From the human T2T-CHM13v2.0 reference genome, Homo sapiens, in assembly GCF_009914755.1 (NCBI RefSeq), contig NC_060927.1: DNA of 64,000 bases, one strand, 5' to 3'. Made by a program: the position numbers and the translations under genes. Positions 32,514 through 50,030 of this stretch are shown here, piece by piece. Numbering within the stretch: position 1 is the first letter of the stretch; each line of letters starts with the position of its first letter. A model generated the notes under the pieces. The model was not told the DNA's origin. It ran no database searches and was given only the letters and a program-made list of their open reading frames with translations.

Positions 32514-34756
32514 CTAACATGAAAATATAAGAGCAAGCATTAAGGCCTAATTGTATAAAAGCTGTATCATGTCTCATGTGGTAAAAACACACAGTCCCTG
32601 TTATCCCAGATGTTCTCTGAAAGTTTCTATACCTAATTATCCTATTTACATTTTAAACATTGTTGTTGCTTTCTTTTTCAAGTAGGTGAAGTTAGAAATA
32701 AAAAATAAATATTAAACTTTGATATATTTATTAATTCAGAAGTTGGTCAATCTAAAGTTCAATAATCTATGAAAAATTACCAAATTCACAGTACTCAACA
32801 ATAAAAAAGAACCAGAGAAGTAAAGACCTCTAATGAAATGTGATTGGTACATCTGCCCTGAAGAGAGCTTTTTGAAAGGAAGGAAAGGAGGGAGGGAAAA
32901 AGGAAAGTTGAAGGCTGCAGACATTTCTAAGTGGATAGACTAAGTAGGAGAAAAGTTAATTACCAAATGGTTAAAGTCAAAGTGTAATACTGGGACCTGG
33001 AGACCTGGGAGACTTCTGGATTAAACAGATGAACTTACGTCTGCTCTCCCCTCCTTCTGAATCACCATAAAATGATAGCCCACAGTGCCTGGGCCTTGGA
33101 GAACCCCAGGAGATAGAGCCTAGGACCTCAGAACGGCTGCAGAAGGGCAGAAGACACTCCTTGACCCCTCTCTATCCTTCAAAGTCCCATCCCCTCTCTC
33201 ATCCAGTGGAAGACACAAGACTTCCTATCAAGTGAGACTGAACTACAGGCAGCACCAGGGGCAGTAACACAATAATGAAAACGCCTTTCCACTAAAAGAG
33301 GAATTAGGAGGAAACAGAGACAAAGCAGAGATCAGAAGAAAAGTACAGAGGGATAATACTGCATTCATGAAATAAAGTACAGAATGCTATTTTCTAAAAG
33401 GAGGTGGGAACATTCAGAGAATAAAAAAGAGCTCTTGGATACTAAACTTATGATTGCTGACATTCAATAGAAGAATTGGGAAATACAGTTGAGAAAATCT
33501 CAAAATAGACAGAAGAACCCAAACAAACAAGGAGACACAAAAATAGGGGGAAAACATACAACAAATGGTAAGTCCAGAAAATGCAACAGAGGGCCAGAAA
33601 TAAAGATAGAACATGGAGAAAAGATAATTCTCAAAGAAATAATTCAAGGATTTCACAGAACTGAAGAACAGGTGTCTGCAAGTGTTAAGTCCCTCTGATC
33701 GAGGAGACCACAAAGGCATATCATTGTGAAATGTCAGACACCAGGGATAAAGAGAAGACTGTGAAAGCTTCCAGAGAGAATGAACAGACCCCGTGTAAAG
33801 GATCAGGGGTCAGGCTGGCATTAGGCTCTCAACAGCAATGTTAGAGGCAATGGGTAATGTCTTCCAAATTTGGAGGGCAGATGGGCATAAAGATGTCTGC
33901 AGATATGCAAGATTCCAAACTATCTCTCATGAACCTGCCAAGATAAAGGAGGGGGTTACAAGAAAGGGGTGGTAAACGAGAAGCCAAGTGAATTCCCAAG
34001 AAGTTGGGAAGTGAGGACAGAAACCCTGCAGCCAGTCTGGAGGTGAACTGCCCAAATGGGAAGGGAACACCACAGTTCCAGAAATACCCTCTCCAAGGAA
34101 AACAACACAACACACTGAGAGGCTGTCTGGTGTGTTTAAGCACACTATGTTTAGGAAAGAATCAATGATAGGTACACAGAAACCAAACAAAGAAAAAACA
34201 AGGCCGTTTTCAACTCAATTATGCTTAAGGAAACATAATCATGGCACACTACGTACTTATCTACAAATACAATGTGCATAATAATACAACCACTACATTG
34301 TATTATTGTATAATAATTGTATAATAATACAATTACTAATTGTATAATAATACAATATACTAATTGTATAACAATACAATCACTGATTTAACCAAAAGTT
34401 GTGATGTGAAATTACACTGGCAAGATGGAACATAAAAACATTCATATTTTATAGTAGAGAGTCAATAAAACTGAAAGACATAGTATTTAGAAATATAGAG
34501 GTAAACAGCAGAAAAAGGGCTAAAAATTTGAGTCATATACTCTAGGAAATTGGGAAAGGGCAGAGACCCATTCTTTTGTTATTACTCTTAAAGGAATATT
34601 TGACCTTTAAAATTATTTATATGTATTACTTTTATAAAAACAAAATATGATTAGATAAAAAAGCTGAATTTGCTTGGTCAACTGTAAGTGAAAAAAATGA
34701 GTAAAATGTAGTTTTTAAATTATGCCAGGTACTAAGACTGATACTCAATTTGTGCC

Positions 34757-35756
<1,000 letters not shown>

Positions 35757-36934
35757 TGCCTTTAGAGAACCATGGGATCTCAGGATTGGAAGTGCCTGAA
35801 CAATCATCTAATATGCCACCTGCTCCCCAGTGTGACACCTGCTATGTGAACTGTGAACAACTCTGCCCTTAGGAACTGCTCCCAACACAGTTATGCCCCC
35901 CAAAACACCATACCCAGGTAAACACACTAACCTTCCAATAGTCAAAGATGGCCAGGCATGACCCTGAAGCCTCTTCTCTGCTGAGTTCCTACTTCTACTT
36001 CTCTCTAGCTTCTGAGGGGCTCTCTCTGAGTCCCAGACTGTGTGACCAAAAAGGCCTTGGCCAATAGCTCCTAATCTCACATCCCTTCAATCTGGGAGAG
36101 CAGCCAGACCAAAACAGACTACTCTTTGAGGCAATTTCAAACCTTGCAAGGATGGGTTGCAGGGTGGAGCCTAGGCTGGGTGCTCATGTGCTCACCACTG
36201 GGCAGGGTACAGGGCAGGGTACAGGGCAGGGATGGGGACACAGTCCCCACCAGGAGCAAAGCTGTACCCTTGCAGTCAGCTGAGGGAGGAGGGCCAATCT
36301 CCAGGAGAAACTCATAATGGGTAGGCAATCCATGAAAAAGGCCATGGATCGTAAAGAAAGAGAATGTTTATTAAATTTGTCTCTTAAAAGATTCAATTTT
36401 TGGTCATGTTTAAGAATTAATGATATCTTCTCTAACTAATGATTTTATGCTATAAGCTTCCTGTGCTCTGGGACATGGATGGATGGTCAGCATCAAATGC
36501 CACAAGGCAGGAATTCAACAAGATGATCATTCGTTTTTAAGAAAATGTCTTTGTTTATTTCCTGTGGAAATAATGACTTCCTGCGTAACTCTAGCAAGAG
36601 TAAAAAAGATCTGCTTCCAGCCCTTAAACCTTTTACTCATAAGTTTAGTAATGGGACATTTTTATAGAGTTTTGGTGACCTTACAATTTTTGTCTTCAGG
36701 TGGTGTGTTTTTTGTTCTTTCCATTTGCATTGTAAAATGGTATCTCATCAGAGGAGCCAAGCTGCTAGAAATAGACTCAAAAGTAACAGTTCATGTCCAT
36801 GCCTCTGGGGTAACACGTAACACTTGGTCTGGTTCCTAACCATGCAATAGACACAAAAGACTAAAATCAATTGCCTCAGCACCTCACATTGCTCAAAAGA
36901 TTCGTAAGTCAACACTACCCACATGATTGATAAA

Positions 36935-38196
36935 TGTTAACAGAAAAACAAAACTCTGTAAAATATCTCAAGAGGTTTATCCTGAGCCAATATGAGTGAC
37001 CATGGCCCAGTGTTCAGTTTCAAGATGTCCTGAAACGGTGTGCTTGAGGTGGTTGGGTTAGTTTGGTTTTATACATTTTAGGGAGACAGAAGTTACAAGC
37101 AAAAACGTAAATCAATACATGGAAGGTGTACATTGGTTCATCCTAAAGAGGTAGGATACCTTGAAACAGGGGCTTACAGGTCATAGGTGGATTCCAACAT
37201 TTTCTGATTAGCAATTGGTTGAAAGAATTAAGCTTTGTTTAAAGACAAAAGAAATGCCTGAGTTAAGTTAAGGAGGGCTGTGGACACCAAGGCTCTTTAC
37301 TATTATTATTTGATACAGGGTCTCATTCTATTGCCCAGGCTGGAGTGCAGTGGTGCAATCACAACTCACTGCAGCCTCAACCTCCCAGACTCAATGATCC
37401 TCCCACCTCAGCCTCCCGAGTAGCTAGGGCTGCAGGCACACACCACTATGCCTGGGTTTTTTGTTTGTTTGTAGAGATGGGGTTTCACCATGTTGCCCAG
37501 GCTGGTCTCAATCTCCTGGGCTCAAGCGATCTGCCCACCTCAGCCTCCCAAAGTGCTGGGATTACAGGTGTGAGCTACAGCCCACTCAGCCTCCTAAAGT
37601 GCTGGGATTATGGGTGTGAGCTACAGAGGCCCAGCCAGACCAAGGTTCTTGTTATGCAGATGAAGCCTCCAGGTAGCAGCTTTCAGAGAACATAGATGGT
37701 AAATGTCTCTTTTCAGATCTTAAAGGTGACAAACTCATTTAATCTCCTCTAGATCCCAGAAAGACCTAGAAAGGGAAGGCTTGGCCACATTAATGGAGAT
37801 ATCTCTACAGATGCAAATTCCCCCCACAAGAGACAGTTTTGCAGGGTAATTTCAAAATATGTCAAAGAAATATATTTTTGGGGTAAAATATTTCTATCGC
37901 CTTCAGGGTCTGCTGTCATGTGATGCTACACCAGAATCAGTTTGGAATTTGCTATCTTATGTGCCACTCTTTGTGGCAACAAAGTCTATTTTATCAGTCT
38001 AATAATCTCTATTTCAATGTTAGTGCTAGTCAGTTGTGCCTAAACTCCAAAAGGGAGGGGGTATAACGAGGTATGTCTAACCTCTCTTCCCATCATGGCC
38101 AAGAACACAGTTTTTCAGGTTTCTCTGAGGTCTTCTTGGCCAAGAGAGGGTCCATTCAGTTGGTGGGGGGACTTAGGATTTTATTTTTGGTTTACA
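36935..38196 (-). mobile_element. MER4-family (B/D/E-type) solo LTR interrupted by AluJ
   Basis: TGTTAACAGAAAAACAAAACTCTGTAAAATA ... GGATTTTATTTTTGGTTTACA is the reverse of MER4 LTR termini. Confidence 0.8.
37296..37636 (-). mobile_element. AluJ with duplicated 5' segment
   Basis: CTCAGCCTCC(C/T)AAAGTGCTGGGATTA...GAGCTACAG present twice (about 37538 and 37585). Confidence 0.85.
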
Positions 38197-38268
38197 TCAT
38201 GGAGGCGGGGCTGTGTTCTCCGCCAACAGGCATGACCAATTGTCTAAGCATTTACAGTTTATGTCTTT

Positions 38269-39273
38269 TTTTTTTCACCGGGGCGTTCCTGAGTTTATTT
38301 GGGGCCCACCCAGGCAAGGGCCCTGCACCTAGAAGAAGGTGTTGGGCCTCTTGGTGGTGAGGCGTGGCTTGTGCTGACGGCTCAGGACCCGGTGGGGCAG
38401 CAGGAACTTGATCTTGGAGTCGTGGAACTGCTTGACAGCCGGCCGGCGGCACTTGCTGGCTGCGATCACCTCCACCTTCATCTGGTGGAGTGATCTGGAT
38501 GGAGTGGGCCCTGGCGCGGTAGCACTGGGTGACAGCGCCTGCGGTGGTCAGGTACCGGTATTGCCGGTACATGTTGTAGGTGCAGCTCCGGGAGTCATAG
38601 TGAGAGGCAGGACTAGCTGCTGTTTGCCGCCCTTTGCCACCGTCGCAGACCCGCTGCTGACTTCCATACCTCCGGATCCGACAGGGTGTCCGCTGTGCTC
38701 CCCATCCAGGGAGGCGCCCATTGCCGCTCCTGATCGGGCTAAAGACTTGCCATTGTTCCTGCACGGGTTTGTCCTAATCCAGCTCAACACTAGTCACTGG
38801 GTTCCAAGGTTCTCTTCCGTGACCCACGACTTCTAATAGAGCTATAACACTCACCGCATGGCCCAAGATTGCATTCCTTGGAATCCGTGAGGCCAAGAAC
38901 CCCAGGTCAGAGAAGACAAGGCTTGCCACCATCTTGGAAGCAGCCCGCCACCATCTTGGGAGCTCTGGGAGCAAGGACCCCCAGTAACATTAGCGCAGCC
39001 AGCTGTCGAAGTTCTTCACCCGCAGTGGGGGCTTCTCAAACACCTGCCCACAGTAGACAATCTCCCCTGAAGCCTTCTTTGTCTTTAACTGAGATACGAA
39101 GTACCAGAAGTGGGACTTGTTGACAAATGATTAGGCGCAAAGATTTGCATGTGGTAGTGGGGCAGTGTGTGGCATTCCGGGGTGTGCAGGCAGCGACCCA
39201 CCACCTTGTACTCTCGTAGTGTGCCCGAGACCTTCATGGCGTCCTCTCCGCGCTCGCCGCCACCCGCAAAAGG
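38269..39273 (-). pseudogene. RPL18A: RPL18A processed pseudogene, full length, interrupted by LTR17
   Basis: ATG at 39237 ([20 protein letters not shown]...) to TAG at 38329 (...TTKRPNTFF); no introns; pyrimidine-rich 5' end; AATAAA at 38294-38299; poly(A); 16-bp TSD TACAGTTTATGTCTTT at 38253 and 39274. Confidence 0.96.
38601..38989 (+). mobile_element. HERV-W LTR17 solo LTR with a large internal deletion
   Basis: TGAGAGGCAGGACTAGCTG start, HERV-W U5 text, GCAAGGACCCCCAGTAACA end; 4-bp TSD ATAG/TTAG. Confidence 0.88.
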
Positions 39274-39304
39274 TACAGTTTATGTCTTTACAGTTAATTG
39301 CACT

Positions 39305-42923
<3,619 letters not shown>

Positions 42924-44098
42924 GGGTGACCAGTGAAGGAAGACACAAGGGGCACAAGAGGATGCAGCAAGTTTTCACAATAAGACTAGGAGATTACACA
43001 GTTAGACAGAATGAATTCGTCAATAATTTCATTTCAGGTGCTCAGAACATATAGTTCAATTAACTGGTATTGAAAGTGCATGGCAGAAAAAAATATTTCT
43101 CTTTTCTTTTCTTTGAGCTAGAAGACTAGTTTGCTACAAAACAGTCTCTTTGCCTGGTGAAAAAAACAAGGGGTAAAATTTAAAACCTGTTTTTTATCTC
43201 ATGACCATTAGAGGCCCTGATTTAAGAAAAAAAAAACTATCTTACAAAAATCAACAACTATCTAAACATTTACAAATAAAAATCTCCTTTCACTGAAGAA
43301 GTATTCTGTTATAACGAATCACTGGAAAAGAATAAGCCTGTAACAGTATCCTTTGCATCAAAATAATGCCTTAAGGGTTCAGAAGTCCTTGAATATTATT
43401 TCTTCTGATCCTCACAGCAATTACATCAGGCCGTTCTCAACGTGATACATGGATGATGGAAAAACAGCCTGAAGTCAGAGAAGGCTTACGTAAAGTCACT
43501 CAGCTTATAGGAGACAGGGCTACAGCCAGGCTTTGACATTTAGCCCTGGCCTCCCTCTTTCTGATAAATCCAGTTTCCTTCCCCTTCTCAGATCTCCAAC
43601 TACGCCACAACAAAAGTCTTGCATGGTGTGTGTGTTCCTCTCCTCTCTAAATATTCCCTCCTGTTGCAATAAGTTTCCAGCCTAAAAATGTGAAATTTAA
43701 AAACTTTTTATCTAAACACAAGTGAAATAAAAAGCAAAACAATGAGATAACCAAAAACCTGGCAACTTGGAAGAGGGGGAAGAAAAGTATTTTAGAGGAC
43801 TCCTTTTAAAACAAGGTCATATTTTAAGATCATAATAGTGAAGATTAAAAACTCAGTAATACTCCACAGCCTTATTAATATAGGGCAGTAGGCATCATCA
43901 CAGAACAGATACTTGTTATGTACTCAAACTGGTCTAGACCATAGAAAAAGATGGAAGGCTCCTCCTAATTCATTCTAAAAAGCCGGAACACACTTAATAC
44001 CAAAGTATGACAAAGAAAAACAGAAACCAATTTCACTTACAAATATTGATGCAAAGATTCTAAATCAAGTACCGGCAAATAGAACCCAGAAGTGAATT

Positions 44099-45125
<1,027 letters not shown>

Positions 45126-45279
45126 AATTAACAGAAAAATATACAGAATATGATATAATATAATAATATAACATGGTTTATTTCAGGAATGCAGAGATAG
45201 CTTAAAATTAGCAACACTATCAACATAATTTATTACGTTTTTAAGTGAAAAGATAACCATAAATTAAAACATAAAGGTT

Positions 45280-46969
45280 GGAAGATGGCCAAATAGGAAC
45301 AGCTCCGGTCTACAGCTCCCAGAGAGATCAAAGCAGAAGATGAGTGATTTCTGCATTTCCAACTGAGGTCACCAACCTCAAAGACCAAAGGTAGATAAAA
45401 CCACAAAGATGGGGAGAAACCGAGCAGAAAGGCTGAAAATTCCAAAAACCAGAACACCTCAGAAAAAACCAGAGGCCTCAGAAATAACACCACACATCTA
45501 CCACCATCTGATCTTTGACAAACCTGACACACACAAGCAGTGGAGAAAAGATTCCCTGTTTAATAAATGGTGTTGGGAAAACTGGCTAGCCATATGAAGA
45601 AAACTGAAACTGGACCCCTTCCTTACACCTTATACAAAAATCAACTCAAGATGGATCAAAGACTTAAACGTAAGACCTAGGACCAGAAAAATCCTAGAAG
45701 AAAACCTGTCCAATACCATTCAGGACATAGGCATGGGCAAAGACTTCATGTGTATAACACCAAAAGCAGTGGCAACAAAAGCCAAAATTGACAAATGGGA
45801 TCTAATTAAACTAAAGAGCTTCTGCACAGCAAAATAAACTATCATCAGAGTCAACACGCAACCTACAGAATGGGAGAATATTTTTGCAATCTTTCCATCT
45901 GACAAAGGGCTAATATCCAGAATCTACAAAGAACTTAAATTTACAAGAAAAAGGCAAACAACCCCATCAAAAAATGGGCAAAGGATATGAACAGACACTT
46001 CTCAAAAAAAGACATTTATGCGGTGAACAGACATATGAAAAAATGCTAATCATCACTGGTCATTAGAGAAATGCAAATCAAAACCACAATGAGATACTAT
46101 CTCATGCCAATTAGAATGGTGGTCATTAAAAAGTCATGAAACAACAGATGCTGGACAGCCTGTGGAAAAATAAGTACACTTTTACACTGTCGGTGGGAGT
46201 GTAAATTAGTTCAACCATTGTGGAAGACAGTGTGGCGATTCCTCAAGGATCTAGAACTAGAAATACCATTTGACCCAGCCATCCCATTACTGGGCATATG
46301 CCCAAAGGATTACAAATCATTGTACTATAAAGACACATGCACATGTATGTTTATTACGGCACTATTCACAATAGCAAAGACTTGGAACCAACCCAAATGT
46401 CCATCAATGATAGACTGGATGAAGAAAATGTGGCACATATACACCATGGAATACTATGCAGCCATAAAAAAGGATGAGTTCATGTCCTTTGCAGGGAAAG
46501 GAAGCCATCGTTCTCAGTAAACTATCACAAGATCAGAAAACCAAACACCGTGTGTTCTCACTCATAAGTGGGAGTTGAACAATGAGAACACATGGACACA
46601 GGGAGGGCGACATCACACACCAGAGCCTGTGGGGCATGGGGGGCTAGGGGAGGGAAACCATTAGGAGAAACACCTAATGTAGGTGACAGGTTGATAGCAC
46701 CATGGCACATTTATACCTACGTAACAAAAGTGCATGTTCTGCACATGTAACCCAGAACTTAAAGTATAATTTAAAAAAAAAAAATTGATGCTTCAAACAG
46801 TTGATAATGCCTGTTCTTCAGGACATCAGACAATTTATTTAATATGCCATTTATTTATTGAAAGTATTTAAAATAATGGCAACTAAACAGGCTACCACAT
46901 TTCCACAAAAAAGGACCATTAGCTCTTGAATGAGGTAAGAAACACAATAAAAAATAATTTAAGGTTAAA
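45280..46969 (+). mobile_element. L1PA8-like element: spliced-looking 5'UTR, internal deletion and 3' transduction
   Basis: L1 5' end joined to the ORF1 leader, then to the ORF2 C-terminus, 3'UTR, A12, unique tail; 14-bp TSD AAAACATAAAGGTT at 45266 and 46970. Confidence 0.88.
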
Positions 46970-47110
46970 AAAACATAAAGGTTAAAAAAGCACTTGCTAT
47001 ACAATAGTTATTCCCAATTAAGATAAACAAACAGAAAATGATCTAAAATAAAAGTAGAAAAATATACTTAAATAAAAATCATTTATTACAAACCCACAGC
47101 AAACAACTTA

Positions 47111-47393
47111 AGACACAAGTCTCATTCTGTCACCCAGGCTGGAGTGCAGTAGCATGATCACAGCTCACTGTAATCTCCAAATCCTGGATTCAGGTGATCC
47201 TCCTGCCTCAATCTCCTGAGTAGCTAGTACTACAGGCACATACCACCACACTAGGCTAATTTTCCATTTTTTCACAGAGATGGGGTCTTGCTTTGTTGTC
47301 TAGGCTAGTCTTGAACTCCTGGCATTAAGCAATCCTCCCACTTCTACCTCCCAAAGTGCTGGCATTACAGGCATAAGCCACCACTCCCAGCCT
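47111..47393 (-). mobile_element. AluJ
   Basis: Diverged dimer in antisense. Confidence 0.85.
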
Positions 47394-47491
47394 GCAAACA
47401 ATTTATTACATGGTGAAATAATAAGGCTATCACTATTCAAGTAAAGACTAAGACAGAGATGTTTTCAATATTGTTTTTGAGGCCCTAGCTA

Positions 47492-47875
<384 letters not shown>

Positions 47876-49062
47876 TTATCCTCATTTGCAGCTATGAGTA
47901 TGAACCCAAGAAAAACTAACAACCAATTATAACTAATAAGAGTGCTTAGTAGTTATGGGACATATTTTTCAAAAGCTCTTCTTTATAGCAGTAAGAACTA
48001 GTTAAAAATGAAGATTGATTAGAAAAATACTATTTACAAGAGAAATAAATGCAATGAATTACCAACGAAAAACAAGGAAAGTACAGAGCTTATGTGAAAG
48101 AACTAAAAAATTTTATTGAAGGATATGTAATAAGTCATTGACAGAGACAGTGAATACGTTTTTAGGAGGACAAACTCATCACAAAAGTGTTATTCCTTCC
48201 AAAATTCATATACAAATGTAACACAATTTCAATCAGGGCCTAATGAATTTTGTTGAAGCTGAACTAAGTAATTTTAAAGTTTATATAAAAAAAATAAAAG
48301 AATTATCAACAAATTTCTAGAGAAAAATTGTAGTAGGAAAATTTTTAGGAAAAATTTTGCCCTATCAAATACTAAAACTTACTATAACAACTATAATCAA
48401 AACAATATGGATTGGCTCAAAAACAGACAAAAAGGTCAGTGAAATAGAAGAGAATCTCAAAATAACGTGATAAAAGTAGGACTTTAGGTTACTGGAAAAG
48501 ACGGTTTAATAAATGATATAAATGACTATTTCTTTGGAAAATATGAAGTTGGACTCCTACTTCAAAACAAAAATAATTTTAAAAAAACAAAAATAATTTC
48601 AAAATTAATTCAACATCTAAATGTAAATAAGACACATAGCAAACAAAATTCAAAACTCCACCAAGAAATTTTGAGGATTATTTGGAAGTCTTAAGCAAGA
48701 CAAGACACCAGGAGAAACAAAGAAAAATATACACTTGGGTTATATAAAAAATGGAAAAAAGTATGTATGTGATATATGCCAGAGACAAAAAATACTAAAC
48801 AACAGATAGAAGAAAATATTTGTAACATGTGACCAAAGAGTTAATATACTTAAAATACAAAATTCCTGCAAATTCACAAGAAGAAGATAAACCACACTCA
48901 AAAGAAAAATGAGCTTAAGTCATGTGTAGGCAGCTTCACAGATGAGGCATGGCAAGTGGCCATTGAACATAATAAGAAAGTATTCTTTCTCAATGCTGGT
49001 CAGGAAATTGAACCTAATGCCACCTCAGACAACATTTTGCCTATCCAATTTGTGAAAAAAAA

Positions 49063-49357
49063 ATTTTTTTTTTTTGAGATGGAGTCTCACTCTGTCCCCC
49101 AGGCTGGAGAGCAGTGGCGCAATCTCGGCTCACTGCAACCTCTGCTCCTGGGTTCACACCATTCTCCTGCCTCAGCCTCCCGAGTAGCTGGGACTACAGG
49201 TGCCTGCCACCACACCTAGCTAACTTTTTTTGTATTTTTAGTAGAGACGGGGTTTCACCATGTTAGCCAGGATGGTCTCGATCTCCTGACCTCATGATCT
49301 GACCACCTTGGCCTCCCAAAGTGCTGGGATTACAGGCATGAGCCACCACGTCTGGCC
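49063..49357 (-). mobile_element. AluSc/Y-like
   Basis: Full dimer in antisense. Confidence 0.92.
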
Positions 49358-49796
49358 AGGAAAAATATTTTTAAGAGCAAGTAGACAGTAAGGTATATGA
49401 AAATGGAGCTCTCATAAATAAGTTACCAGGACACTTTTGGGAAAATGATCTCACTGTACCTATTAAAAGTAGTGCCTACTCTTTGATCCAGCAATCCTGC
49501 TTTCAGGAATATATACTCTATTGAAAAAGGGTATGTGTATAGAAAAGTTACACTGGTGGTAACTCAAAATATCGGAAAACAATCAGAATGCCTACTGACA
49601 GGAGAAAAGCTGGACCATGTGGAATATTCTGTAGCCATTACAAAGAGCAAGGTATATATTTATTTACCTGTATATATTGACATATGCAACCCCATTGTAG
49701 CCATGACAAACATGGTACCCTAGTGGTCTATTCCTAAGGAGTGTCAAATTTCAGAAGCACAGATCAGAAACCAAAACCTAATTTAAGAACAATTCT

Positions 49797-50030
49797 ATTC
49801 TTTTTTTTGAGGCGGGTTCTTGCTCTGTCACCCAGGCTTGAGCACAGTGGCACGATCTTGGCTCTCTGCAACCTCCATCTTCCAAGCTCAAGCAATCCTC
49901 CTACCTCAGCCTCCCGACTACTTGGCACTACAGGGGCACACCACAATACCCTGCTAATTTACATATATATATTTTTTGGGGGTGGGGGAGCAGGGGCAGA
50001 GACAAGGTTTCGTCATGTTGCCCAAGCTGG
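49797..50030 (-). mobile_element. AluJ, 5'-truncated
   Basis: Right monomer plus part of the left monomer. Confidence 0.8.

Noticed and set aside
36200-36232. GGCAGGGTACAG repeat as a G-quadruplex or regulatory array
   Set aside because: Only about 2.5 copies of a 12-mer; ordinary slippage, with no further evidence.
38252-39123. Overlapping 66-170 aa ORFs and high CpG content suggesting a CpG-island gene
   Set aside because: Explained by the GC-rich RPL18A retrocopy and LTR17 U5; ORFs are chimeric or antisense frames.
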